From positions 1-45,963 of the forward strand of contig DTSX01000022.1 in assembly GCA_012965065.1 (NCBI GenBank): 45,963 nucleotides of DNA, given 5' to 3'. Numbering within the stretch: position 1 is the stretch's first letter; each line of letters starts with the position of its first letter. Shown here in pieces: positions 17,081 to 26,839 of the stretch. The notes beneath the pieces are model-generated. The model was given only the letters and a program-made list of their open reading frames with translations. It was not told the DNA's origin and did no database searches. The stretch comes from Gammaproteobacteria bacterium. GTDB taxonomy: Bacteria > Pseudomonadota > Gammaproteobacteria > Steroidobacterales > UBA11654. The position numbers and the translations under genes were made by a program.

Positions 17081-18142
17081 ATGACTAAAAGTATAGTTAC
17101 CCCTCTTATCGTATTAACCTGGTTTTCCTTAGTAACCGTCAATGCAAACGAGAACCCAGTTGAATTCAAGACCGATTTTCGTTACCGCTACGAGTTTGTT
17201 GATGATGACAGCAAAGATTCTTCGCGCAGAAGAAACAGGATCCGAAGTCGCTTTGGCCTAACCGGCGCAATCAATGAACAGTTAAAGATTAATCTCAGAT
17301 TTGCAACCGCTGAGAAGAATCCTATCTCAGCAAATCAAGACTTAGGTCACGATTTTTCCCTCAAGGACATTGGTTTGGATCAGCTGTATTTTGATTATTC
17401 GATCTCTGATAATGCCAGCCTCCTGGGAGGCAAAGTTAAAAATCCATTTTACCGAGCAAATAAGAGCCAGCTAATTTTTGATGGAGATTACAACCCAGAG
17501 GGTTTAGCTCTTCAGTTTAATAAAGGAATTGTATTTGGCTCAATAGGAACTTTCTCGATGGATGAGCATGAATCGGTCGATGCTATTTCCATAAACGGTT
17601 TGCAAATTGGGATTTCAAGTAAAACATCGGCAGGAGACAAATTCAAAATTGCACTGGCTCGGTACACTTTCAAGGATATTCATGGAAGACCCGCATCCGA
17701 GATTACATGGAATGGTAAAATTTTTGGCAACCCAATTGATGCAAATGAGAATTATCTCAATGATTATGCTGTGAACAATATCTCTGCCGAGATTAGCACT
17801 AAAGTTGGCTCTAAAAAAATCCCAACAGTCTTTTTCATTGATTGGGTAAACAACAGTGATGCAAATAGTGATGACAAAGGCTATCAGATTGGCTTACAAC
17901 TCGCATTCATTGATGCATGGAAGATGACATATTTTTATAAGGATGTAGAGAAAAATGCAGTTTTTGGTGCTCTCACTGATTCTAATTTTGGCGGCGGCGG
18001 AGCAGGGCATAAAGGCCATGTCGTCAATTTAAGTTATGCTTTTTCAAAGAATTTTAGTACTGAGTTTACTTGGTTCAATAACGATAAAAAGATGACGATC
18101 GATTACACAAAAATTTTTCTGGATCTCAAATACAAATATTAA
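17081..18142 (+). CDS. Outer-membrane beta-barrel / porin-like protein
   Basis: Signal peptide with VNA-NE cleavage-like site. Alternating amphipathic strands, an N-terminal DFRYRYE motif and a C-terminal aromatic residue (..LKYKY) are present. Specificity is unknown. Confidence 0.6.
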   Translation: MTKSIVTPLIVLTWFSLVTVNANENPVEFKTDFRYRYEFVDDDSKDSSRRRNRIRSRFGLTGAINEQLKINLRFATAEKNPISANQDLGHDFSLKDIGLDQLYFDYSISDNASLLGGKVKNPFYRANKSQLIFDGDYNPEGLALQFNKGIVFGSIGTFSMDEHESVDAISINGLQIGISSKTSAGDKFKIALARYTFKDIHGRPASEITWNGKIFGNPIDANENYLNDYAVNNISAEISTKVGSKKIPTVFFIDWVNNSDANSDDKGYQIGLQLAFIDAWKMTYFYKDVEKNAVFGALTDSNFGGGGAGHKGHVVNLSYAFSKNFSTEFTWFNNDKKMTIDYTKIFLDLKYKY

Positions 18143-18148
18143 GAATTA

Positions 18149-19096
18149 TTAACCGGCTACTCCCCAGCCACCATTTTGATAACCTTTAGGCAGCCCAGAA
18201 TCAACGGTAAACCCATACAATTCTTCTTTCGGTAGAGACTGCTTAACCATACGATTGACCTCGATCAGAGCTTCTAAATCTATACCCGTTTGCAACCCCA
18301 TCGAATCAAGCATAAACACCAGATCTTCAGTGACAATATTGCCACTCGCACCGGGTGCAAATGGACAACCACCAATTCCTCCCAAAGAAGAATCCAGAGT
18401 TGTAATTCCTTCTTCCAAAGCGGCCAGGGCATTGGCTAAACCGAGTCCACGGGTATTGTGCAGATGGATACTGGTCAAACGATCATTACCCACTTCTTTT
18501 TTTACCAGTCGGATCAATCTCTTAATTTGTGCTGGATTTGCATAACCGGTGGTGTCTGAAAGGCCCACTTCACCGCAGCCCAGCTCCATCAATTGTCCTG
18601 CAAGCGATAACACAGTTTTTTCAGCAACCGGGCCTTCCAGAGTGCATCCAAATGCAGTGGCAAGATTGCCTGCAAACTCAGGTCGCTTTGTTGCTTCCAA
18701 AGAATTGATGTACTGAACAATATTCTCAATCTCTCCAAGAACCTCACTATGGCTTTTCCTTAAATTTGCTCGGCTGTGTGTCTCGCTGACAGATAGGGGT
18801 AGGCACATCTTGTCTACACCGGCTTTAATCGCATTTTTTGCTCCAATGAAATTTGGCACCAGAGCGGTAACGGTTAGACCAGGAATGGTTTTTGCGTATT
18901 TTACAATTTCTCCAGTATCGGCCATTTGTGGAAGCAGTTTTGCGGGCACAAAAGATCCCACTTCAATTTCACGAACACCCGCCGCAGCTTCAGCTTTTAT
19001 CCACCGCTTCTTAGCATCCGTCGACATGATGGTATCTAAGCTTTGCAGGCCATCCCTTGGTCCTACTTCGCTGACTAGTACATCAATCTCAGTCAT
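18149..19096 (-). CDS. Hydroxymethylglutaryl-CoA lyase family (HMGL-like) protein
   Basis: 315 aa. Motifs EVGPRDGLQS, EVGSFV..PQMAD and HLHNTRGLGLAN are present. The physiological acyl-CoA substrate is uncertain. Confidence 0.8.
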   Translation of the reverse strand: MTEIDVLVSEVGPRDGLQSLDTIMSTDAKKRWIKAEAAAGVREIEVGSFVPAKLLPQMADTGEIVKYAKTIPGLTVTALVPNFIGAKNAIKAGVDKMCLPLSVSETHSRANLRKSHSEVLGEIENIVQYINSLEATKRPEFAGNLATAFGCTLEGPVAEKTVLSLAGQLMELGCGEVGLSDTTGYANPAQIKRLIRLVKKEVGNDRLTSIHLHNTRGLGLANALAALEEGITTLDSSLGGIGGCPFAPGASGNIVTEDLVFMLDSMGLQTGIDLEALIEVNRMVKQSLPKEELYGFTVDSGLPKGYQNGGWGVAG

Positions 19097-19271
19097 GGTT
19101 ATTTCCTTGATTATTGATTCCTATTCTATGCGATCTGGTTTTTCAGAGAAATATTTAACACAAAATTAATTTTCAAAAATAAATAAATACCTTATGCTTA
19201 CCCATCTAAAATTGTATTAATCTCTTTAACAAAACCATAAGAAATCTTTAGACAGACGAGCAAACTCTTTA

Positions 19272-21536
19272 ATGAAGAAAAAAGCTAATGAGCAATTCAC
19301 TCTGTTCGATCGCAGAAAATTTATAAAATTTTTCGGACTCAGCTCAGCTATTTTCTCGTCGGGCGTTGATTTGCTGTCCTCCGCCGGTCTTCAAGCACAA
19401 GAGCGGGTCGCGGATATGGTGAAAAATTTATCATGGAAACCGGTTGACCTGGCAATTCCTATGATTTCAGATGGCCTGACCCCTGACCAACAAATTGAAT
19501 TCTACTCCGAACATGAAGTCCAGGATGATTTGCTCCTGCCAGAAGGCTTTACCTACAATGTGATTGCTTCTTGGGGCGATCCTGTGGGCGATTCCAGATA
19601 CGGTTACAATAACGACCACGTCGGCTTTGTGGAAACTGGAAAGGATCGAGCGTATTTGGTGGTCAATCACGAAAACATGGATTTTGACAGTTTGGAAACC
19701 TATTTGGAAACCTTTCCTATGGTCATGGGCTATAGTTTGCCCGACGGTGTTTTTGATGAAATCGAGGGCAATGTAATCTGGGATTTTCCAGCAATGGATG
19801 AAGAGGATCCCAGAAAAGCGATGATTAAGTCCATTGCCCTAGAAGGTGCTGCCGATATGGGCATTTCCGTCATCTCAGTTGAGAGGAACAACAATGGTGA
19901 TTGGGTCAGAACATTTTCGGACCGAGACAGGAGAATCTCAATGACCCAAGCGCTTAACGATCCAGCCAAGTTATCCAAATCCACCGGTCCAGCCAGCGCT
20001 GTTTTCAGAAAGCATAACAAAATTGGATTTGACGATGGTTTGGCAGATAAGTGTGTAGGCAGCTATTGGAATTGTTCTGGGACAACAACTCCATGGGGAA
20101 CCGTGATCAGTGCAGAGGAGTGGCATGATGCTCACGTGTACGGTCCGGTCAAGGCTGATGGCAGTTCATTTCCACCGACAACAATACCCTTTGTCACAAC
20201 AACCTTCAGTGGTCTAGGCAATATTTTTGAGTTGGCAGGAAATAAATACGGTTGGGGAGTTGAGGTTGATCCTGAAAACAAGGACGATTATGGCACCAAA
20301 CACACCATGCTGGGTCGATACCACCATGAAGCATTTGCCATTAATTGCAAGAAAAACAGGCCACTTGCAGTCTACGCTGGTGATGACAGCAGGGGTGGGC
20401 ATATTTATAAAATGATCAGCAGGGCTAAGGTGTCCGATCCGAAATCGAAAAGCAATTCAAGACTGCTGGAAGAAGGGGTGTTGCATGCCGCTAAATTTTC
20501 CAACGATGGAACCGGCTATTGGATACCTCTGATCCCAGATACAGCCCTTGAACCAGTCTTGCCGAGCAAGTCTATCGGCGGCACGGTCAGTCTCCCAAAT
20601 CCAGATAGAATACAAGGCGGTATAAAAAAATACACGAAGGATGATGATGTCAACTCAATTTATCGGGACATCGGTTTTAAAAAGTTAGGTGACTTGTATC
20701 AAGGTGATGACGAAATCGAGCTGCAAGGGGCTATATTAATTGATGCCCACTATGCCGCTAATGCGGTAGGAGCAACGGGCTGTCCTAGGCCTGAAGACTG
20801 TGAGTTTGATGACAACAAAGGCGTTTTGTATTTTGCTTTTACGGCGATTACCGGAGGTTCTTCTGACAGTCCTGACAGAGAGATTTTTGCTTGGGATGAC
20901 TTCGAGGCAAATACAAATCTTACCGACAATCAAAACGACCCTTATCGCCCCGGTATTATCGTCAAAATTGAGGATGACAACAATGCTGCGCCCGAATCTT
21001 TGACCTTCAAGTGGGAAATACTGGCGATGGGTGGTGAGCCGTCGGATGGCGGCGCAGGTTGGGCAAGTCCAGACAATCTTGAAATCGATGACAAAGGCAA
21101 CCTGTGGATGGTGACGGATATCTCATCAGAAATACTGAACGAATCGATCACCGACCGTGATGGTGTCTCCAACAGCACAATCCGAGGTATTTACAGCAAC
21201 AACAGTGCATGGTTTATACCTACTTCAGGACCCTATCTAGGCCAATCTCTGCCTTTTGCTATTGGACCGATTGAGGCTGAATTGTGCGGTTTGCAATTTA
21301 GCACAGATCAAAAAACACTGTTCCTCACCCCCCAGCATCCTGGGGTTATTAATGGCGTGCGTCGAGATATGGCTTCTGAGGAAAGGCGGTATACCATGAA
21401 AACAACAGATGGCAGAGAGTTCACTCAGATTCGAAAAGTTCCAATCGGCTCAAATTGGCCATCAAAGGAACCCAACCAGCCTCCACGCTCATCAATCGTT
21501 GCAGTTCGTCGTAAAAACAACAAACCCATTGTTTAA
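19272..21536 (+). CDS. phoX: PhoX-family (DUF839) alkaline phosphatase, Tat-exported
   Basis: 754 aa. Twin-arginine signal FDRRKFIKFFGLSSAIF is present. Beta-propeller-type motifs such as NHEN, SPDNLEIDDKGNLWMVTD and TPQHPG are typical of PhoX/DUF839. Confidence 0.75.
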   Translation: MKKKANEQFTLFDRRKFIKFFGLSSAIFSSGVDLLSSAGLQAQERVADMVKNLSWKPVDLAIPMISDGLTPDQQIEFYSEHEVQDDLLLPEGFTYNVIASWGDPVGDSRYGYNNDHVGFVETGKDRAYLVVNHENMDFDSLETYLETFPMVMGYSLPDGVFDEIEGNVIWDFPAMDEEDPRKAMIKSIALEGAADMGISVISVERNNNGDWVRTFSDRDRRISMTQALNDPAKLSKSTGPASAVFRKHNKIGFDDGLADKCVGSYWNCSGTTTPWGTVISAEEWHDAHVYGPVKADGSSFPPTTIPFVTTTFSGLGNIFELAGNKYGWGVEVDPENKDDYGTKHTMLGRYHHEAFAINCKKNRPLAVYAGDDSRGGHIYKMISRAKVSDPKSKSNSRLLEEGVLHAAKFSNDGTGYWIPLIPDTALEPVLPSKSIGGTVSLPNPDRIQGGIKKYTKDDDVNSIYRDIGFKKLGDLYQGDDEIELQGAILIDAHYAANAVGATGCPRPEDCEFDDNKGVLYFAFTAITGGSSDSPDREIFAWDDFEANTNLTDNQNDPYRPGIIVKIEDDNNAAPESLTFKWEILAMGGEPSDGGAGWASPDNLEIDDKGNLWMVTDISSEILNESITDRDGVSNSTIRGIYSNNSAWFIPTSGPYLGQSLPFAIGPIEAELCGLQFSTDQKTLFLTPQHPGVINGVRRDMASEERRYTMKTTDGREFTQIRKVPIGSNWPSKEPNQPPRSSIVAVRRKNNKPIV

Positions 21537-21584
21537 TCTGTTGGTATTGAAGTAACAGTTACTTAGCCGTGCCTTTGATTTGCA

Positions 21585-22205
21585 TCAGAGATAGACCCAA
21601 GGTCTACGGTGAATGTCATTTTCTTCAAATGCCTCAATGGAGGACATCATCTTTAGGGTCGATCCTATCGCATCAAGCCCCTGAAGCAAATTTTGTTGAT
21701 CGCTGGATTCAATGGAAAAAGGATAGCAAATATTGCTCCCAGCACTAATAATGGTAGCCCTTAAATCCACGGTCAGTTGATTGACCGCTGGGTTAAGTTC
21801 GACGAAAGTCTGCAATTCTTTTATCTTCTCCGGTCCCAAAACGACAGGAAGGATCCCATTTTGGATGCAATTATTATAAAAAATAGAGCCAAAGCTTGGG
21901 GCAACAATTACCCGAATACCCCACTGGTATAAGGCCCAGGCTGCATGTTCTCTAGAGGATCCACAGCCAAAATTTTCTCCTGTGAGTAGCAAGGATGCAC
22001 TCCGATATGGGTCTTGATTAAGAACAAATTCCGGGTTTTCCTTCCTGGTTGTAAGGGATAAGTATCTCCATTCTGCAAACAGCCCATCCTCCAAACCTTT
22101 TTTTGAGACCGATTTCATTTCTCTGCTTGGGATGATGGCATCGGTATCGATGTTGATTTGCATCAACGGTGCAGCAATGCCAGTGTGATGTTCAAATGGC
22201 TCCAT
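21585..22205 (-). CDS. leuD: Aconitase-family dehydratase small subunit (3-isopropylmalate dehydratase LeuD-like)
   Basis: 206 aa. Motifs HTGIAAPL..NIDTDAIIP and GENFGCGSSREHA are present. The start overlaps the leuC-like stop (TAATG on the minus strand). Confidence 0.75.
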   Translation of the reverse strand: MEPFEHHTGIAAPLMQINIDTDAIIPSREMKSVSKKGLEDGLFAEWRYLSLTTRKENPEFVLNQDPYRSASLLLTGENFGCGSSREHAAWALYQWGIRVIVAPSFGSIFYNNCIQNGILPVVLGPEKIKELQTFVELNPAVNQLTVDLRATIISAGSNICYPFSIESSDQQNLLQGLDAIGSTLKMMSSIEAFEENDIHRRPWVYL

Positions 22206-23614
22206 TATCCAATCTCCAAGCTGTTAGCATCATTCAACTTCCCAGACACCGCTGAAGCAGCCACCGTTGCAGGAGAGGCGAGATGAGAACGTGTGCGTTT
22301 ACCCTGTCTGTTTTCAAAGTTCCTATTGGTCGTGGTGATTACACGTTGTTGTTCGCCAAAGCTTTCTCCACCTGCAAAGAAACACATCGAGCAGCCGGAT
22401 TCACGCCACTCAAAACCGGCAGCTTTAAAAATCTGATCCAAGCCTTCCTCTTCTGCTTGTTGTTTCACCAGTGATGAGCCTGGAACACAAATTGCTTTTA
22501 CTCCAGATGCAACTTTCCTGTCTTTCAATACTTCTGAAGCTGCTCTAAGGTCACTTAATCGGCTGTTGGTGCAGGAACCGATAAAGGCCGCATCAATGGC
22601 GATGTCTTTCATTTTTGTGCCAGGATTAAGGCCCATATATTGCAGCGCTCGATGCATGGATTTCTGTGTGCTTGGGTCGGTTTCTTGGGCAGGATCGGGA
22701 ATACTCTCATCAATTGGAATTGCATGTTGTGGACTGGTCCCCCATGTAACAAATGGAGACATTGTTTCACAGTCAATGGAAAGGATTGCTTCAAAGTGAG
22801 CATCGCTATCACTTCTCAATTGTTCCCAGTGGGTCAGGGCTTTATGGTAAGTCTCACCTTGAGGTGTGAAAGGACGATTTGCAATGTATTCAAGAGTTTT
22901 ATCGTCCGGTGCGACAATGCCTGTCCATGCGCCAAACTCAACAGCCATATTGCACAACGTCAGGCGTGCTTCAATCTCAAGGTTTTTAACTACCGGTCCT
23001 GAGAATTCAACTGCGTAACCGGTACCCCCTGCTGCACCGAATTTCTGGATTAAATGCAAAATTAAATCCTTGGCGGTGACTCCAACGGGCAATGTGCCAT
23101 CAAAAATTACCTGCATCATTTTTGGTTTTTTTACCGTCAGCGTGCTCGTACTCAATGCATGCTCACATTCGCTGGAACCAATGCCCCACCCCAATGCTCC
23201 CAAACCTCCAACGGTGCAGGTATGCGAGTCTGGGCAAACCAGGGTAACTCCAGGTAGAGCGATCCCTTGTTCCGGTGAAACGACATGGACAATCCCTTGC
23301 TTGGGATCACCCAAATCAAAGAAATTGATGTCAGCCCTTTTGGCAGACGATCGGGTAGAGATGATGAAGTCTTTACCGCTGGGCATGAGTGTTTCATCCC
23401 CACGTCCTGGAAACGTGTCAACAATATGGTCCAGGGTACAGAAAACATGAGATGGATTACGCACAGAACGATTTGCTTTTTCTAAACCTTTTAAGGCAAT
23501 ACTTCCAGTTCTTTCGTGTAGGAAAATTCGATCGATATAAATCAGGCTGTTGCCATCACCTTGGTTGATGACCTCATGTTCTTGCCATATTTTTTCTATC
23601 AGCGTTAAACCCAT
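22205..23614 (-). CDS. leuC: Aconitase-family dehydratase large subunit (3-isopropylmalate dehydratase LeuC-like, divergent)
   Basis: 469 aa. Fe-S ligand motifs DSHT, GSCTNSR and GCSMC are present. It deviates from canonical LeuC at HERTGS (vs HEVTSP), CPDSHT (vs CGDSHT) and CFFAGGE (vs CLAMNND). Confidence 0.7.
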   Translation of the reverse strand: MGLTLIEKIWQEHEVINQGDGNSLIYIDRIFLHERTGSIALKGLEKANRSVRNPSHVFCTLDHIVDTFPGRGDETLMPSGKDFIISTRSSAKRADINFFDLGDPKQGIVHVVSPEQGIALPGVTLVCPDSHTCTVGGLGALGWGIGSSECEHALSTSTLTVKKPKMMQVIFDGTLPVGVTAKDLILHLIQKFGAAGGTGYAVEFSGPVVKNLEIEARLTLCNMAVEFGAWTGIVAPDDKTLEYIANRPFTPQGETYHKALTHWEQLRSDSDAHFEAILSIDCETMSPFVTWGTSPQHAIPIDESIPDPAQETDPSTQKSMHRALQYMGLNPGTKMKDIAIDAAFIGSCTNSRLSDLRAASEVLKDRKVASGVKAICVPGSSLVKQQAEEEGLDQIFKAAGFEWRESGCSMCFFAGGESFGEQQRVITTTNRNFENRQGKRTRSHLASPATVAASAVSGKLNDANSLEIG

Positions 23615-23755
23615 GTTTTTTTTCTTAATTTGTTTATTGAATATTATAAATTAAATTGAGAGTAATATTTCTTGAGGTCCTGTTTTGATAGAATCCTAAT
23701 TCTAGTAAAACAATAAGGCTATAATTGATACCAAAGGAAAATTAGAAGGGAAAAA

Positions 23756-24220
23756 ATGCTTAGCCATGTCGATAAAAACAACCGCCCCAATATGGTTGAT
23801 GTCTCTGATAAAGAGGTTACCAAAAGAACCGCTGCTGCCTCGGCTCGGGTTAAATTACCAGAGGCAGTAAGGAGTGAATTTGCTAACGGTGAGATTCATA
23901 CCCAGAAAGGGCCTGTAATCGATACCGCCATTGTTGCGGGCACCATGGCTGCGAAAAAGACCCATGAATTGATCCCATTTTGCCATCCCCTGGGACTGGA
24001 CTCGTGCAAAATTTCAATCGATTTCAATGATACCGGTGATTTAGTGATCCTTTGCGAGGTCGCTATAGAACACAAAACAGGAGTCGAAATGGAGGCACTC
24101 ACCGGAGCAACCGTGGCAGCACTCACGGTCTATGACATGTGCAAATCACTTTCCCATGAGATTCAGATCACCGACATCCAACTCCGGAAAAAAACCGGAG
24201 GCAAACGCACGGTTGGGTAA
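23756..24220 (+). CDS. moaC: Cyclic pyranopterin monophosphate synthase MoaC
   Basis: 154 aa. Motifs LSHVD...MVDVSDKEVTKRTA and CHPL are present and the length is typical. Confidence 0.9.
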   Translation: MLSHVDKNNRPNMVDVSDKEVTKRTAAASARVKLPEAVRSEFANGEIHTQKGPVIDTAIVAGTMAAKKTHELIPFCHPLGLDSCKISIDFNDTGDLVILCEVAIEHKTGVEMEALTGATVAALTVYDMCKSLSHEIQITDIQLRKKTGGKRTVG

Positions 24221-24241
24221 CAACCACATCCCTGTTTTGTT

Positions 24242-24820
24242 ATGCCACAATTGCATGGACTGATACTCACCGGAGGTCGAAGTAGGAGAATGGGCCAAGA
24301 CAAAGCGTTGATGCGTTTGGCTTCAAAAACACTTCTGGAGTGTACTCACGATCTTTTGCAAGAGTGCCTAAAATCAATTTACGTGTCCATCAAAGAGGAT
24401 CAAATTGGAGACCCTGTCCGGGCCAAGTTTAAATTAATCATTGACGAGTACAACCAGTCTGGCCCCATGGCAGGAATCCTATCTGCACACAAAATCCATC
24501 CGAATAGCGCTTGGCTGGTTATTGCCTGTGACATGCCCTGGTTGGATAAAAAAACGCTGTTACAATTGATGGAGGAGAGGGATGCTGCATTCGATGCAAC
24601 AGCCTTCAACAGTCCAGAAGATGACTTGCCTGAACCGCTTTGTGCCATTTACGAACCCAATCTTCTCTCTGAGATTCTTAGCAATTCCAACCTGCTTCCT
24701 ACCAACAGTCCAAGGGACTTATTAATGCAATCGAAGGTTAAGGTTATTAACGCTAAAAATCCAAATGCTCTAAAAAATACGAATTATCCAGGAGATGATT
24801 TAAGTGAAATTGAATCTTGA
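24242..24820 (+). CDS. mobA: Molybdenum cofactor guanylyltransferase MobA
   Basis: 192 aa. The N-terminal nucleotide-binding motif GLILTGGRSRRMGQDKAL is present. It follows moaC by 21 nt. Confidence 0.8.
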   Translation: MPQLHGLILTGGRSRRMGQDKALMRLASKTLLECTHDLLQECLKSIYVSIKEDQIGDPVRAKFKLIIDEYNQSGPMAGILSAHKIHPNSAWLVIACDMPWLDKKTLLQLMEERDAAFDATAFNSPEDDLPEPLCAIYEPNLLSEILSNSNLLPTNSPRDLLMQSKVKVINAKNPNALKNTNYPGDDLSEIES

Positions 24821-24896
24821 GTATGCGATCATTGGGCGCGAATATTAACGATTCCTCAAACTTGAAAGATCAATAGAGAAATTTTAGGGTAATACT

Positions 24897-25490
24897 ATGA
24901 CAGAAAACAACAACAAACCAACCGAAGAGGAAGCACAGAAAGCCGTCCGAACTCTTATTCAGTGGGCAGGGGATGACCCCGATCGAGAAGGCCTAAAGGA
25001 GACGCCCAAACGCGTCGCAAAGGCCTATTTGGACTGGTTTAGCGGTTATCAAGAAGACCCATATGAATACTTGAAAAGAACTTTTGAAGATGTTGATGGC
25101 TACGACGAGATGGTCACTCTAAGGGGCATCACTTTTGAATCCCATTGCGAGCATCATATTGCTTTGATTACAGGCAAAGCCTATGTTGCTTATCTCCCCG
25201 ATCATAACGTTGTAGGTATCAGTAAATTGGCGAGGGTTGTGGACGCCTACGCCCGACGTTTTCAGGTACAGGAAAAAATGACCGCTCAGATTGCCAATTG
25301 CATTAACGACATACTCAAGCCCCAGGGTGTTGGTGTGGTCATCATTGCTAGACACGCTTGCATGACCACAAGAGGCATTCACAAGAGCAGTGTTGACATG
25401 GTTACCAGCACCATGTTGGGAGGCTTTAGAACCAGTGAAGTAACCCGAATGGAGTTCATGAAAACACTGGGTGAGCTAACCATCGACTAA
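24897..25490 (+). CDS. folE: GTP cyclohydrolase I (type 1)
   Basis: 197 aa. Motifs [17 protein letters not shown] and QVQE are present. Confidence 0.92.
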   Translation: MTENNNKPTEEEAQKAVRTLIQWAGDDPDREGLKETPKRVAKAYLDWFSGYQEDPYEYLKRTFEDVDGYDEMVTLRGITFESHCEHHIALITGKAYVAYLPDHNVVGISKLARVVDAYARRFQVQEKMTAQIANCINDILKPQGVGVVIIARHACMTTRGIHKSSVDMVTSTMLGGFRTSEVTRMEFMKTLGELTID

Positions 25491-25496
25491 ACAATT

Positions 25497-25958
25497 ATGG
25501 GACATGTAATTTCATCCTTTGAAGATTTAAAAGCCCTTGAGGGTTTGGAGGTTGGGGTATCCGATTGGCTGCTAATCTCCCAAGAACATATCAATCAATT
25601 TGCAAATTTGACCCACGACCACCAGTGGATTCACGTCGATGTGGAACGGGCAAAAAAAGAAATGCCAGGAGGGACAACCATTGCACATGGCTATTTAACC
25701 TTGTCCATGATTCCGGCAATGACGGCAGGGTTTTTAGAATTTACCAACCTGAAGATGGGAATCAATTACGGCTTGAATAGGGTTCGTTTTACCAATATGG
25801 TTGCAGTCGACAGTCGAATTCGTGCTCGATCGGTGGCGAAAACGGTTAAACAACGCTCCAAGGCGATTCAGCTGATTGGAGAAACCTCGGTAGAGATCGA
25901 GGGTGAGAGCAAACCCGCGTGCATTGTTGAGACCGTCTCTTTTTTTCACCTCGGCTGA
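25497..25958 (+). CDS. MaoC-like (R)-specific enoyl-CoA hydratase / hot-dog fold dehydratase
   Basis: 153 aa. FANLTHDHQWIHVD and GTTIAHGYLTLS are typical of the MaoC/NodN family. Confidence 0.75.
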   Translation: MGHVISSFEDLKALEGLEVGVSDWLLISQEHINQFANLTHDHQWIHVDVERAKKEMPGGTTIAHGYLTLSMIPAMTAGFLEFTNLKMGINYGLNRVRFTNMVAVDSRIRARSVAKTVKQRSKAIQLIGETSVEIEGESKPACIVETVSFFHLG

Positions 25959-25960
25959 TC

Positions 25961-26839
25961 ATGAACAATCCAGATACCTTGGATACCACGATTGAGCGAT
26001 TGATTGAGTTGCTTGATCTTGAAAGTATTGAAGAGAATATTTTTCGCGGTGAAAGTCAAGACATCGGAAGCCCACAAGTATTTGGTGGTCAAGTGTTGGG
26101 GCAAGCACTCACCGCTGCCAGCCGAACTGTGAAAGATCGTAATGTGCATTCTCTGCATGCGTACTTTTTAAGGCGTGGTGATTTTAAAGCCCCAATTGTC
26201 TACGAAGTCGACAGAGCGAGAGACGGTGGGAGCTTCTCCAACCGAAGAGTCATAGCGGTTCAGCACGGAGAACAGATATTCAATATGACGGCTTCTTTCC
26301 AGAGACCGGAAGAAGGTTTGGAGCATCAATCTGAGATGCCCAATGTTAAGCCGCCAGAAGAGCTTGATAATTTGGTGGATTTGATCAAGCCGGAATGGAT
26401 TGAGCAATTACCCCAAAGAATACAAAGAATGCTGACTCGGCAAAGACCTTTTGATATCAGGCCTGTGGAATTGCCACATTTTTTGGATAAAACAACCAGA
26501 GAGCCTAGCAAACATTCTTGGATCAAGGCCAAGGGAAAGGTTCCGGACAAACTTCCTCTCCATCAGGCACTCTTGGCCTACGTCTCCGATTACGACTTAT
26601 TGACCACCGCCATACTCCCCCATGGAACCAATATAATGCAAAACAGGTTCCAGATGGCCAGTCTAGATCATGCCATGTGGTTTCACAAAAGCTGTCTTGT
26701 GGATCAATGGATGCTGTTTGCTTATGACAGCCCTAGAGCATCCGGTGCTAGGGGATTTGCAACAGGACGGATTTTTTCACGAGAAGGGGTGTTGATTGCA
26801 TCTATGTCTCAAGAGGGGTTGATGCGGCTTCGAAATTAA
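25961..26839 (+). CDS. tesB: Acyl-CoA thioesterase II
   Basis: 292 aa double hot-dog protein. It shows LLDLE...FRGES...VFGGQVLGQAL and the C-terminus QEGLMRLRN, similar to E. coli TesB. Confidence 0.88.
   Translation: MNNPDTLDTTIERLIELLDLESIEENIFRGESQDIGSPQVFGGQVLGQALTAASRTVKDRNVHSLHAYFLRRGDFKAPIVYEVDRARDGGSFSNRRVIAVQHGEQIFNMTASFQRPEEGLEHQSEMPNVKPPEELDNLVDLIKPEWIEQLPQRIQRMLTRQRPFDIRPVELPHFLDKTTREPSKHSWIKAKGKVPDKLPLHQALLAYVSDYDLLTTAILPHGTNIMQNRFQMASLDHAMWFHKSCLVDQWMLFAYDSPRASGARGFATGRIFSREGVLIASMSQEGLMRLRN

Noticed and set aside
21550-21564. Perfect 15-nt palindrome AAGTAACAGTTACTT between convergent phoX and leuD, considered as a bidirectional terminator
   Set aside because: As RNA it would leave a 1-nt loop, or a 5-bp all-A/U-rich stem with a 5-nt loop, and it has no flanking U-tracts. 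That is too weak for an intrinsic terminator. It may be a protein-binding palindrome, but there is no supporting evidence.
22283-23485. Several 63-126 aa plus-strand ORFs inside the leuC-like gene
   Set aside because: They are shadow ORFs. The minus-strand frame carries all the aconitase-family Fe-S motifs.
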